Shown here piece by piece: positions 18,124-26,330 of a stretch of DNA of 26,330 nucleotides (its first letter is position 1; each line of letters begins with the position of its first letter). The notes under the pieces were generated by a model. It saw nothing but the letters and a program-made list of their open reading frames with translations, made no database searches and was not told the DNA's origin. Where the stretch lies: the IMG/VR virus record IMGVR_UViG_3300020204_001674, positions 1 through 26,330 of that record. One strand, given 5' to 3'. Made by a program: the position numbers and the translations under genes. Source of the DNA: a virus (Duplodnaviria; Caudoviricetes).

Positions 18124-18745
18124 GTCTATTGTGATTTGCCTTCTTAGATTTCTTGCCTTTTTTGCGTGGAGTATCAGACTTAGAAAACTTGGCGATATCT
18201 GTTTGCGAGAGATGAAAGAACTCAGCAACAGGATCGTCAGTATTGCCATCGTTAGAGTCAAGCAGATTGCGGCGAACTTTGCCTGTCTTATCTGCCGCTT
18301 CTAGCATCTTGTATCGGATGTACATTTGCTTTTTCTCTTTGGCAATTCTGCGTAGAAAGGCAAAGTAGATGATCTGCGTGAAGTACGAGAACGGATTCTT
18401 AGACTTGCTTGGATCGAAGTTACTGGCATACATCAAGCAGTTCTCAATGCCATCGCCAATCATCTCTTCTCGGTAAGGATAGTTGATGAAGTTTGGTCGA
18501 TAAGACAAGTGTGTGGCAATGTCTAGAAAGCATTTGCCAATGTAGTCTGTTACGGGAGGTGTCTTTCTATCTGCGGCGCGTTCTACGCTAACGCATTCCT
18601 TCCACTTCACCATCTCTGCATAGAACACCTTGTTATCAATGTAATGCCCAGACTTGGTTTCATCTTCTATCTCTTGCTCTATCTCTTGCGAGTCTATCTC
18701 CAACTCGTCTTCATTTGTTTCGGTTTTTGGTTTGCGCTTTTTCAT
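18110..18745 (-). CDS. gp55: Late-transcription sigma factor (T4 gp55)
   Basis: 'HYIDNK.F', 'YIGKCFL.IA.HLSYRPNFINY.YREEMI.DGIENC' and 'NPFSYFTQI.YFAFLRRI.KEKKQ'. A GGAGA SD precedes ATG 18745. Confidence 0.96.
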   Translation of the reverse strand: MKKRKPKTETNEDELEIDSQEIEQEIEDETKSGHYIDNKVFYAEMVKWKECVSVERAADRKTPPVTDYIGKCFLDIATHLSYRPNFINYPYREEMIGDGIENCLMYASNFDPSKSKNPFSYFTQIIYFAFLRRIAKEKKQMYIRYKMLEAADKTGKVRRNLLDSNDGNTDDPVAEFFHLSQTDIAKFSKSDTPRKKGKKSKKANHNRLDDV

Positions 18746-18765
18746 ATGTCTCCATTTCGATGACA

Positions 18766-18774
18766 AGTATATCA
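18766..18774 (-). promoter_or_regulatory. Extended -10 promoter upstream of gp55
   Basis: TGA-TATACT (TGn plus -10 box); no good -35. Confidence 0.45.
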
Positions 18775-18878
18775 CAGTTTCACAATGGCGCTAGTCTGTA
18801 AGAAAAAGTATTGAATTTCTTGCAGGCATTGCTTGCACTTCCTCTACATAGAGTGAAGGTTTCACGGTCCATAGTATA

Positions 18879-19427
18879 CTAGAAGTAGTCACGAGGATCA
18901 GGCGACCAATCGTTTGGTCTGTTACCGTACTCCTTATCAGGACCACCATTCTTCTCTTCAGTAGGAAGTTGCTCAGGTTCAGATGCTTCTGCCTGTTCCA
19001 TCTGTTCACTTTCTATGCGACCTTCTTCGATCATCTCAGGGGTAACCTCTCCATTTTTGATTTGATCCAAAAGTTCTTGCATGAAAGAAGCACCTGCTTC
19101 CAAATCAACCTGTTCGGTTGCACTCATCCTAAAGATGCCACCATTCTTTAGAACCATGAGATAATGGGCAACTGCTTTGTCGCTTGGGGCCATGCAATCC
19201 AAGATATGTGCTTTTGGCAAAGAAATAACTCCATCCTTTGTCCAGTTTATCCATTTCTTCATCAGAAGTCGCTCGTCCCTAGGCACTCCATTTTGGTCAA
19301 TGAGCGTGAGTGTTTCCAAAGTGAATGGATTTTCTAATACCATGCGAGTCTTGGTTACACCGCGTACAACAGCGATGATATCATCGCCAGTCTTTAGTTT
19401 GATTATGGTTGGATCGCTGAATTCCAT
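18879..19427 (-). CDS. Hypothetical protein in the conserved uvsW-gp55 position (possible Sm-like N-terminal domain, acidic tail)
   Basis: 'IIKLKTGDDIIA...LENP...KKW' pattern, GGAGG SD and synteny. Confidence 0.7.
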   Translation of the reverse strand: MEFSDPTIIKLKTGDDIIAVVRGVTKTRMVLENPFTLETLTLIDQNGVPRDERLLMKKWINWTKDGVISLPKAHILDCMAPSDKAVAHYLMVLKNGGIFRMSATEQVDLEAGASFMQELLDQIKNGEVTPEMIEEGRIESEQMEQAEASEPEQLPTEEKNGGPDKEYGNRPNDWSPDPRDYF

Positions 19428-19435
19428 TGCGCCTC

Positions 19436-20929
19436 CTAGAGTTTTATTGTGACCGTGCTGTAGTCAAACTTCTCGGTTGCGTAGATTTTTATACGCTCTA
19501 AGAAGTGATTCAAGGTGAAGTTCACCTTGGATTTCCACCGCAGATCATCTGCCACATCATATAGTCTGGCTCTTTCCTTATGCTCCGACTTGCGGAGTTG
19601 ACGACCGATACTCTGAAGCACCCTGATCCTACTCTTGGATGGGGATGCGAACACTATGTTATGTAGTCTTCTGATGGAGACTCCGGTGCTGAAGGTTCCA
19701 TAGGACGCTACGATTATGGCATTGTCTTTGGTTTCCGCAATGGTACGCACATACTCGCGTTGCTCAACATCCGTCCCTCCGAACACGAAAAACACTTCCT
19801 TTCCTAGCGTTTTGCCTTGTGCGAGGATCATGTCATGCAGGGGTTTACCGTGCTTCTCCACATATTGAAACAGCACTAGCGTATTGCCTTTGGTCTTACA
19901 CGCCAAGTTTGTAATGAACTTGTTGCGCTTGGGGTGAGAAACCAAGAAGTCGATTTCCTCTTGATAACGCATGGCTTTTACTGCTTTGCAGTCCTCGTCA
20001 GAATACTTCAAAGTGATACAGTCAATGGTGAAGTCGCTGAGTAGTTTCTGCTTGATGAGTTCTGTGGTGCTTGTGACCTTGTGAACAGCACCAAACAGTC
20101 CCTCGATGATGAGGCGATGCGTCTGCGTACCGTCGAGGGTTCCTGTGGTGCCTATGCGGAACTCACAGTCGATCAGGCGAGACATGATAGTTGCCAGCGA
20201 CTTCGCTTTGTACAGGTGACATTCATCACCGAATACCGATCCGAACTGCTGAAACCACTTTACTGGTTGCTTGTAGATGCTCTGCCAGGTGGTAATAACC
20301 ACTTGTTTTTCCGTAGTTTTGCTCTGCCCCGCAAAAATCTTGTGAATGTTCTTCGCTGCCTTCCAAGACTTGTCAGCAGACGAGTAGTCAATGAAATCAT
20401 TTTCCATCTGCGCCACAAGTGATGTGGTGGGAACAATGATGAGAACCTTTCGCTTGTCTTCTTCCAATCGTCGCCGCATCAGCGTGTAAATAATAAGACT
20501 TTTTCCTGAACCAGTGGGAGATAATAACAAGCATCTTTCTCGATTTAGAGCATGACAAACAGCGTCCACTTGATGTTGGTGAGGATCAATTGGGTTGCCG
20601 GCTGCTACTAATTTCAGGGTTTTCATGTATTCGCGCACATCTTCGTGCGTCCATGAGTCTTGCACTTCAGGAAACGAAACACCTACCCAGTAGTTTCGTT
20701 CAGTTGCAAACGACTTTACATAGTCAAGTAGTCCACAGTACAGTTCTTGCGAGTGTAGGTTATACATTCTGATCTTGCCGTCCCACATTCTACTGCGATA
20801 AGCAGGCATGAATTGAAATCCAGGCACTTTGAATGTAAAGAAGTCTGAGAGTTCTTGTGCAACACTCTTGCTACCGCAATCAACCTTCAGATACACAGAG
20901 TTCTTTTTGCTGACAATGATACTCTCCAT
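19436..20929 (-). CDS. uvsW: UvsW DNA/RNA helicase (SF2)
   Basis: 'WDGKIR', 'SPTGSGKS', 'TWQS', 'DECH', 'GTTGT', 'STGVSI' and 'QSIGR.LR'. Start moved to MESIIV (20929). Confidence 0.96.
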   Translation of the reverse strand: MESIIVSKKNSVYLKVDCGSKSVAQELSDFFTFKVPGFQFMPAYRSRMWDGKIRMYNLHSQELYCGLLDYVKSFATERNYWVGVSFPEVQDSWTHEDVREYMKTLKLVAAGNPIDPHQHQVDAVCHALNRERCLLLSPTGSGKSLIIYTLMRRRLEEDKRKVLIIVPTTSLVAQMENDFIDYSSADKSWKAAKNIHKIFAGQSKTTEKQVVITTWQSIYKQPVKWFQQFGSVFGDECHLYKAKSLATIMSRLIDCEFRIGTTGTLDGTQTHRLIIEGLFGAVHKVTSTTELIKQKLLSDFTIDCITLKYSDEDCKAVKAMRYQEEIDFLVSHPKRNKFITNLACKTKGNTLVLFQYVEKHGKPLHDMILAQGKTLGKEVFFVFGGTDVEQREYVRTIAETKDNAIIVASYGTFSTGVSIRRLHNIVFASPSKSRIRVLQSIGRQLRKSEHKERARLYDVADDLRWKSKVNFTLNHFLERIKIYATEKFDYSTVTIKL

Positions 20930-20934
20930 AGTAG

Positions 20935-20942
20935 TATTTATG
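20935..20942 (-). promoter_or_regulatory. T4-type late promoter variant (CATAAATA) upstream of uvsW
   Basis: One mismatch to T4 TATAAATA; an identical octamer precedes gp22. Confidence 0.6.
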
Positions 20943-21480
20943 GAGTCCATTGCTTCCCCCTGACGCGCACGGAAACCGTTTGAACTTGGAACACTACTCC
21001 AGACCACAATACACATCTGATTCCTGACTCGCATAGCATTTGCCATCCATGTTCTATGCTTGCTCGTCTAGGCATATTTGTATCAGATGCATACAAATCA
21101 AGCATTTCCCGATGAGCAACCAACTGAGTGATTCCTGCTTGAATCAATCCTCTAGCGCATTCTACACACGGAGGCAGCGTCACATAAGCATGACATCCTG
21201 TGGTGGATAATACGCTTTGGCAACAACGATACAGAGCGTTTCTCTCTGCGTGTTCCATGTAGATGGTTTTCTGAGAAGGATCATTGAGTCTGTCTTTGGT
21301 AAGTTGTAGTCCTTCAGGTAGAGCATTTGATGCTCCTGCAATGACACCCATCGTTGGATGCACAATGACGCATCCGACTTGAGTGGAAGGATCAGGACTA
21401 TGTTGAGCAAATCGATATGCTTGCTTCAAGTACGAAGCAAATACCGCTCCTTCTCCAACAAATCCTGTGATGGTTTGCAT
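20938..21480 (-). CDS. cd: dCMP deaminase (cytidine/deoxycytidylate deaminase family)
   Basis: 'SPDPSTQVGCVIV', 'HAERNA' and 'PCVECARGLIQAGI'. TAATG coupling to uvsY. Confidence 0.88.
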   Translation of the reverse strand: MQTITGFVGEGAVFASYLKQAYRFAQHSPDPSTQVGCVIVHPTMGVIAGASNALPEGLQLTKDRLNDPSQKTIYMEHAERNALYRCCQSVLSTTGCHAYVTLPPCVECARGLIQAGITQLVAHREMLDLYASDTNMPRRASIEHGWQMLCESGIRCVLWSGVVFQVQTVSVRVRGKQWTP

Positions 21481-21914
21481 TATGCTCCGTGTGTGAATTT
21501 CTTCCACTCAATTGCACTACGGATGTTCCAGTGCAGATTTCCAACGGCTTTGATAACACCTGTGAGGAATTCAACCTTCTCTTCACAGAATGCGAGTTTG
21601 GTCAAAATGGTAGCCAGGTCTGCATCGCTTTCCAAGTACTTGTCTAGATCTTGTCGTAGAATCTTCAGGTGAAATGGTTCCCATCCAAGTTCTGTAAGAC
21701 GCTCTTCGCTCATTCTGCCAGAGTAGTACTCCCACTTGTCACGCTTGAGAGCAGAGAGTTCTAGTTTGAGTTTGCGAAGCACTAGTTTCTCATCCATCAG
21801 CAAATTCAAGTACTTGGAGTGCAATTGCGGCACCAAGAGAGATGCAATGTCGAGTTCTGTTGGATCAACGGTCAAGTCTTTTTTGACCATGGCACGAAGT
21901 TCTTCTAGTTTCAT
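21480..21914 (-). CDS. uvsY: Recombination mediator UvsY
   Basis: 'LD..SL..PQLHSKYL', 'KWEYYSG', 'YLESD.DL' and 'I..AIEW.KF..G'. Confidence 0.92.
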   Translation of the reverse strand: MKLEELRAMVKKDLTVDPTELDIASLLVPQLHSKYLNLLMDEKLVLRKLKLELSALKRDKWEYYSGRMSEERLTELGWEPFHLKILRQDLDKYLESDADLATILTKLAFCEEKVEFLTGVIKAVGNLHWNIRSAIEWKKFTHGA

Positions 21915-21920
21915 TACGAA

Positions 21921-21948
21921 ATCATACCTCACGCGGCAAACAAGTCAA
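21921..21948 (-). promoter_or_regulatory. sigma70-like promoter, probably giving a leaderless uvsY mRNA
   Basis: TTGACT-N16-TATGAT; the A of ATG is the 7th nt after the -10 box and there is no SD. Confidence 0.65.
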
Positions 21949-22475
21949 GGCGTTTCTACTGTAAAGTACTCAAATGCAAATGTGGCAGTTGCAGTCAATG
22001 CCTCGGGATTATCACTACCGCTATCGAAATCCAAAGAGGATAGTTCTTTAGGAAACATATTGTGGAACTTGAATCTACGAACCACATTGTTGGCACTACT
22101 GAATACAAACATGGTGCCTTCGTCCAGTTGTGCTTCTGAGTCTCGTGTTACATTTCTCACAAACGGCTTTACAGTTTCCCAATCATCCACCACGCGCAAA
22201 GTCTGAAGCCAACTGTATATCTCTAACCAGTTGTGCATGGTTTCGTCTACCAAAAACTTGATCTGTAGATCCTCAAATTGTAGGTTCTGAGAGGGAACCT
22301 TCAGCGTTCTACCGCTGCGAGGATTGTTGGCAACAACTTCTGCCACAGACACGCCTGGAATGTTTGCAGTTTGACAATTGTATGTCACGCCTGGAACTCT
22401 CATCAGCGATAACTTGAACGCTGTGGGAAACAGGTAGTTTTCTACTTGAGATTTGCTGTGTTCAAAATTGGCCAT
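21945..22475 (-). CDS. gp3: Tail completion / tube terminator protein (T4 gp3-like, gp19 fold)
   Basis: 'NYL.PT.FK...R.P.V.Y.CQ.ANIPG', 'F.DL.I.FLVDE.M.NWLEIY.W' and 'FP..LS.LDF'; lies between gp23 and uvsY. Confidence 0.85.
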   Translation of the reverse strand: MANFEHSKSQVENYLFPTAFKLSLMRVPGVTYNCQTANIPGVSVAEVVANNPRSGRTLKVPSQNLQFEDLQIKFLVDETMHNWLEIYSWLQTLRVVDDWETVKPFVRNVTRDSEAQLDEGTMFVFSSANNVVRRFKFHNMFPKELSSLDFDSGSDNPEALTATATFAFEYFTVETP

Positions 22476-22497
22476 CTTCCCTCCATTCTATGTATCC

Positions 22498-22530
22498 AAA
22501 AACAAAGCGGGGAGGATTTCTCCCCCCCGC
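22498..22530 (-). terminator. Rho-independent terminator after the major capsid gene
   Basis: Minus strand GCGGGGGGGA-GAAA-TCCTCCCCGC (10-bp stem with one G-U pair, GNRA loop) followed by TTTGTTTTT. Confidence 0.9.
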
Positions 22531-22555
22531 CTGTTTGGTTTCAGTAACCTAACTA

Positions 22556-23974
22556 TCAGCCAGAGATGTTGCTTACCGCAAAGATACGGAAGTATCTGTT
22601 GTTGCGGGTCAGCGCAGTCACTCCACCGATATTGATGTCGATGGCTCCACTCGACGGATCCACATTGTATGGGTTTGTTGCCATACCGTAGCGAGTCTTG
22701 AACGCGATCTTGGGCTGGAATGTGTTGGTGTCAACTGCACGCACCATCTGTAGCGGTACATATGGGCAATAGAAGATACCTGCGTCATATGGGTTGCTTC
22801 CCTTGTAACCAACCATGCAGTAGTCTGCGGTCACGAAAGGATCCACATACACCTTGATGCGGCCGTTCAGAGTACCCACGAACAGATCACCTGTTTCGTC
22901 AGGCATTGCAACGCTGTTGCTGTTGAATGGGCTGCTGTAGTCAAGCAGACCGGCGAGCGACAGAGCGGATGCAACATTGGTGCTGCATACGAGGAAGTTG
23001 CCCTTGCCGCGGCGAGTTGCTCTGGCAATTGTGTTGGCTTCTTGCTCGATACGGAACACCAAGTGCTTGAAGCGTTCCACCATCCAACGACCGTTTCCTG
23101 TGTTAGCAGCAGCGTTGTCAACATTTGAACCTGTGACGGCTGTGAGATACGCAGTACGGATGATCTCGCGGTTGATTTCACCGAGAATTTCTGTCGAAAG
23201 AATGTTCGACAGTTCGCTCTCAGCGTCAAGTCCGTGAACGGCCTTGAGGTCTTGTGCGAGTTCTGTGGTGTACTCTGCTTTCAGAGCGCGAGCCTGTGCA
23301 GTTACCGTTCCCTTGTCAATGGTGAATGACATTTCCGAGAATGGAGTTGCTGACTCTCCACGCTTTTCAAGTTGCGAAGAGGTCATGCCACCACCAACTG
23401 AGTAGTTGGCAGAGAGCGGATCAGTAGCAGCAGCGCCATGGGCACCGTATCCACCGCCGTGTACGCGACCACCTTCAGCATCAGGATCATTTGCATTGGT
23501 CACTTCGGTGTCGCCGGTGAGTCCGCCTGCACCAACGCTATTGGCTGTACGGCTAGAGCCAGTTACAGGACGAGCGCCAGAGAAGTCGGTATCGGGTTCA
23601 TCGTACAGGGCTTCGTTACCAACTGTACCACCTGCAACATACTTCGAGCGCATAGCAAACACCAAGCCAGTAGGACCACTCATCGGCTGAACCGATGCAA
23701 TGTCATAGGCGATGATGTTTGGCAATGCTCTGCGAACGAGCGAAATCATCACTGGTGAGAACGAAGCAATGTTACCACCCAATGATGGTGTTCCTGCGTC
23801 GCCAGAGGCTGAAAGTGAGTTCACAGCAACTTCTCTGAGATCACGCTCAGTGTTCTCTAGAAGAACTGCGGTGACATTTTTACGGTACTGATCCTTGATC
23901 GCACCTGCTGATGCGTGGTCTAGGACGGGCGCCCACTTTTCTGTGAGCATGGCTGCGTTTGCAATCTTTTCCAT
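22556..23974 (-). CDS. gp23: Major capsid protein (T4 gp23)
   Basis: 'KWAPVL', 'ISLVRRA.PN.IAYDI..VQPM.GPTGL.FAMR', 'RALKAEYT.ELAQDLKAVHGLDAE.EL' and 'YCPYVPLQM...FQPKI.FKTRYG'. Confidence 0.98.
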   Translation of the reverse strand: MEKIANAAMLTEKWAPVLDHASAGAIKDQYRKNVTAVLLENTERDLREVAVNSLSASGDAGTPSLGGNIASFSPVMISLVRRALPNIIAYDIASVQPMSGPTGLVFAMRSKYVAGGTVGNEALYDEPDTDFSGARPVTGSSRTANSVGAGGLTGDTEVTNANDPDAEGGRVHGGGYGAHGAAATDPLSANYSVGGGMTSSQLEKRGESATPFSEMSFTIDKGTVTAQARALKAEYTTELAQDLKAVHGLDAESELSNILSTEILGEINREIIRTAYLTAVTGSNVDNAAANTGNGRWMVERFKHLVFRIEQEANTIARATRRGKGNFLVCSTNVASALSLAGLLDYSSPFNSNSVAMPDETGDLFVGTLNGRIKVYVDPFVTADYCMVGYKGSNPYDAGIFYCPYVPLQMVRAVDTNTFQPKIAFKTRYGMATNPYNVDPSSGAIDINIGGVTALTRNNRYFRIFAVSNISG

Positions 23975-24009
23975 TGAAATCTCCTTGTTATCCTCGGATG
24001 AGGGAATTG

Positions 24010-25053
24010 TTAGTTACGAAACTTTGCGAGTGTGCGAGTGTAAGCCTGCATTGCAGGTGACAATAGTGTATCAGATGATGTTGACGAATCTTCTACTAGT
24101 GTATCACGAGTCTCTTGCACTGGTGTCTTGAGATAAGTTTCCTTCAGCACACCCAGTTTGGTCTTGAACTCATCGACTGTATCAAACTCAATGCTTTCTG
24201 AAAGTCCTTTTAGTTTCTCGACCTCAGACAAGGTTAGACCAGCAACTGACTCAGAGAAAGCAATTTTGGCTTCCAATTCATCAATGCGCTTTGTCTTTTC
24301 CATGCCATTCTTGATTTCTTCATTGACCTGTGAAGTCAACTCATCAATCTTGGTATTTGCTGCTTCCAGTACATCCACCTTCTCTTCCGGGATGGTGATG
24401 AAGTTGTCGGTGAACAGATTACGAAGACCTTCCATGAAGTTCTCTGCAATCTCTGCACGAAGACTGCGTTCTAGTGCAATCTTGTTTTCCTTGTACCATT
24501 CTTCAACCACATACGACAGGTATTCGTCTACCTTTTCAGCCAGATCAGATTGCGTTGTTGCAACTGCTTCTGTGAGTGCTGTTTCGTAGTGTTCTTTGAT
24601 TGCTGCTTCGCGCTCGGCGATCACAGCACCGAAAATGGTTTCAGCCTTGGTTTTGAAGTCTTCTGAAAGGTTTTGACCATCAAAGAGAGGAGCAAGATGT
24701 TCCTTCATCTTCTTTGGTTCTGACTTCTTTGCTTCTTCCATTTCGTCGTTATCTGGGCAGTCATCACAGTACGGAAGATCATCGTCTTCATCGCATGAGC
24801 ATTCCTCTTCCTTCACAACTTTCTTGGCCTCTTCCATTTCCTCTTCTTTGGACTTCTTGGCCTCTTCCATTTCCTCTCCTTCATCGTCGGACATCTTGGC
24901 TTTGGCTTCTTCCATGTCTTCTTCCTCTTTCTTGCCCTTCTTTTTCTTGTCTAGCCAAGAGGGAAGTTTGCCTTCCGCAACTTTTGATTCATCAATTACT
25001 GACTCTACACTTTCGCGCAGGGTCTTCTTCACATTGTCTCTGGAATTGCTCAT
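24010..25053 (-). CDS. gp22: Prohead core scaffold protein (T4 gp22)
   Basis: 'LSEDFK.KA.TIF.A', 'VDEYL.YVVEEW..EN', 'AENFM.GL.NLF...I.IPEEK.DV' and 'M.AY'. An AAGGAGA SD precedes ATG 25053. Confidence 0.93.
   Translation of the reverse strand: MSNSRDNVKKTLRESVESVIDESKVAEGKLPSWLDKKKKGKKEEEDMEEAKAKMSDDEGEEMEEAKKSKEEEMEEAKKVVKEEECSCDEDDDLPYCDDCPDNDEMEEAKKSEPKKMKEHLAPLFDGQNLSEDFKTKAETIFGAVIAEREAAIKEHYETALTEAVATTQSDLAEKVDEYLSYVVEEWYKENKIALERSLRAEIAENFMEGLRNLFTDNFITIPEEKVDVLEAANTKIDELTSQVNEEIKNGMEKTKRIDELEAKIAFSESVAGLTLSEVEKLKGLSESIEFDTVDEFKTKLGVLKETYLKTPVQETRDTLVEDSSTSSDTLLSPAMQAYTRTLAKFRN
24724..24918 (-). repeat. Four imperfect in-frame repeats encoding (E/D)(E/D)MEEAK in the gp22 N-terminus
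   Basis: Exact 24-bp duplicate ttcttggcctcttccatttcctct at 24821-24844 and 24854-24877, with degenerate copies near 24724 and 24901. Confidence 0.85.
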
Positions 25054-25084
25054 TGGTGTCTCCTTTAGGTAATGAAACCGCAAC

Positions 25085-25092
25085 TATTTATG
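25085..25092 (-). promoter_or_regulatory. T4-type late promoter variant (CATAAATA) upstream of gp22-gp23
   Basis: Lies in the gp21-gp22 intergenic gap; one mismatch to TATAAATA. Confidence 0.7.
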
Positions 25093-25105
25093 CCTACTCT
25101 GATTT

Positions 25106-25744
25106 TCACAGGCCCCGCAAGAAGGCATTGAATGCTTGCAGTTTTGCCTCGTCCAAGTTGATCTTGGGTGTACGCTTGATGGTTTCTCGGATGCGTTCAA
25201 TCTGCTTCCAATTGCCATTTTCTAGTGCCCATTCTTTGCCTTCCATGACACCTTCCACGAAAGCATCAGGTGCAGATGGGTCTGCTACAATGTCTACTGC
25301 TGCCAGATTGAAGTCATTTTGCACTTCGTTGATGCCGTCTTTGGTTGTTTTCAAAGAACCAACCCCGCGAGAAGACACCCCAAACTTGACTCCTTCATCA
25401 ATCATGTTCTTGACGATTTTGCCATATGGGGTATCCATGACTTTGGCACGGCCCCAAATGTTCTTGCCGTCAATTTTCATCTCTTTGACGATGTGTGATA
25501 CGCGATCAAGATTCAGTTGTGGGCCTTCAGGATGTCCCAACTCTCCCATGGCACGGTTAGCCTCCACAAATTCTTTGTTGTAGCGCATGGCCTCTTTGAC
25601 CAGTACTGAGTTGGGGTAAACGCGCCCATTGCGATTCTTGATATCTGACTGCATGAATACACCTTCTATGAAGTAAGACTTTTTGCCTTCCTTCTCCTCG
25701 GTGATGATTTGGATATCGTCTGTGTGTTCTGTAATGAGTTTCAT
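25106..25744 (-). CDS. gp21: Prohead protease (T4 gp21)
   Basis: 'MKLITE', 'IEGVFMQ....NRNGRVYP', 'GELGHP', 'GVSSRG.GS' and 'DIVADPSAPDAFV.G'. Confidence 0.97.
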   Translation of the reverse strand: MKLITEHTDDIQIITEEKEGKKSYFIEGVFMQSDIKNRNGRVYPNSVLVKEAMRYNKEFVEANRAMGELGHPEGPQLNLDRVSHIVKEMKIDGKNIWGRAKVMDTPYGKIVKNMIDEGVKFGVSSRGVGSLKTTKDGINEVQNDFNLAAVDIVADPSAPDAFVEGVMEGKEWALENGNWKQIERIRETIKRTPKINLDEAKLQAFNAFLRGL

Positions 25745-25746
25745 GT

Positions 25747-26330
25747 TCAGTCCTCTTTCTTCTTCTTTTTGCTTCGGAGAATCACAAAGTCTTGTTTGTC
25801 AAGAACATCATTGTGATTCTTGTCTAGTTTCTTTTGCTTGTCGGTTAGTTTCTTTTCATCAGCCTCTTCCAAGTGAATCTCGTGCTTGGCGTAGTCCTTC
25901 GGTTTCAGGAAACCCTTGATCTCCCGTGATGCGTACTTGAGATCCTTCCCAAAGAAATCCTTGGCATCATCAAGAATCTCCTCAACGGTTGTTGGTTCAA
26001 GTAGACCGAATGCTTTTCCGCCAGCGATGATGCCCTCTAGGCCTCCCTTTTTGTATGCCTTTTCTATGGCATCAAGCAGATCGTTGGTGGCATATTTTGT
26101 TTCATTCAGAGCCTCAAGAACACTTTCGATCAAGTGGTTGTATTCATCCGTTGCTCCCGCCTGCTCTTGTGCAGACTTCAAAGTAGAAGTTACTGCACTC
26201 TTTACCTGATCCTTCTCGGACGCACTCAATTTCTCACCATCCTTCACCTTCTCAATGTACTTGTTCAGTTTGTCAAATAGGTTGCGGAGCATGATCTTTG
26301 GCATCAGTCGAAGCGTCTTTAGGATCTTGG
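25747..26330 (-). CDS. Probable prohead-core/internal protein upstream of gp21 (gp67/68 position), possibly 5'-truncated by the window edge
   Basis: The frame is open from the right edge through ATG 26304. The product is charged and helical, with C-terminal 'KQKKLDKNHNDVLDKQDF..LR'. Confidence 0.6.
   Translation of the reverse strand, partial: KILKTLRLMPKIMLRNLFDKLNKYIEKVKDGEKLSASEKDQVKSAVTSTLKSAQEQAGATDEYNHLIESVLEALNETKYATNDLLDAIEKAYKKGGLEGIIAGGKAFGLLEPTTVEEILDDAKDFFGKDLKYASREIKGFLKPKDYAKHEIHLEEADEKKLTDKQKKLDKNHNDVLDKQDFVILRSKKKKKED

Noticed and set aside
18791-19009. 72-aa minus-strand ORF and a weak inverted repeat (TGCAGGCA/TGCTTGCA, about 18821-18837) upstream of gp55
   Set aside because: The ORF mostly overlaps the upstream gene out of frame. 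The hairpin has a minimal loop and no adjacent U-tract, so it is not supportable as a terminator or ncRNA.
20930-21046. N-terminal extension of uvsW in the ORF track
   Set aside because: It overlaps the dCMP deaminase gene. UvsW-like sequence starts at MESIIV (20929), right after a late-promoter motif.
23975-24009. Small hairpin (CCTC-ATCC-GAGG) upstream of the gp23 SD, and a similar short stem upstream of regA
   Set aside because: Stems of 4-5 bp are expected by chance, and there is no evidence of function.
24724-24918. Spaced direct repeats considered as a mini CRISPR array
   Set aside because: The repeats are in-frame, codon-degenerate and irregularly spaced inside gp22, so they are protein repeats.
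24714-25583. 289-aa plus-strand ORF, and the other plus-strand ORFs in the track
   Set aside because: They are antisense shadows of well-supported minus-strand genes (here gp21/gp22), with no recognisable motifs or RBS.
1-26330. tRNAs, introns/inteins, homing endonucleases and stop-codon recoding
   Set aside because: The intergenic gaps are too short or show no cloverleaf. Core genes have normal lengths and read through under the standard code.

Overview
This is a 26.3-kb segment of a T4-like (Tevenvirinae/Kyanoviridae-type) myophage genome, and all credible genes lie on the minus strand. Read in the direction of transcription (right to left), it starts with the head module: a prohead-core-like protein, gp21, gp22 and gp23, followed by a terminator. 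Next come gp3-like, uvsY, dCMP deaminase, uvsW, a hypothetical, gp55, gp47 and gp46. An inserted, translationally coupled block of four genes follows: a non-canonical beta-class MTase-fold protein, a fold-type-II PLP enzyme of the kind found in phage DNA-hypermodification loci, a large amino-MTase split by a 1-nt frameshift, and a glutamine synthetase II homolog lacking most catalytic residues. After it come a hypothetical, RNase H, three small ORFs, gp45, gp44, an O-methyltransferase, GroES, gp62 and regA. The window ends in a glycosyltransferase/nucleotide island: GT25, dUTPase, Nmad1/DUF1599, a GT60-like GlcNAc transferase, an HtrL-GT fusion and a partial GT. The best candidate for an undescribed system is the MTase-like/PLP/MTase/pseudo-GS operon at 10935-15298. 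All family assignments come from motif recognition by eye and T4-like synteny; no searches were run.
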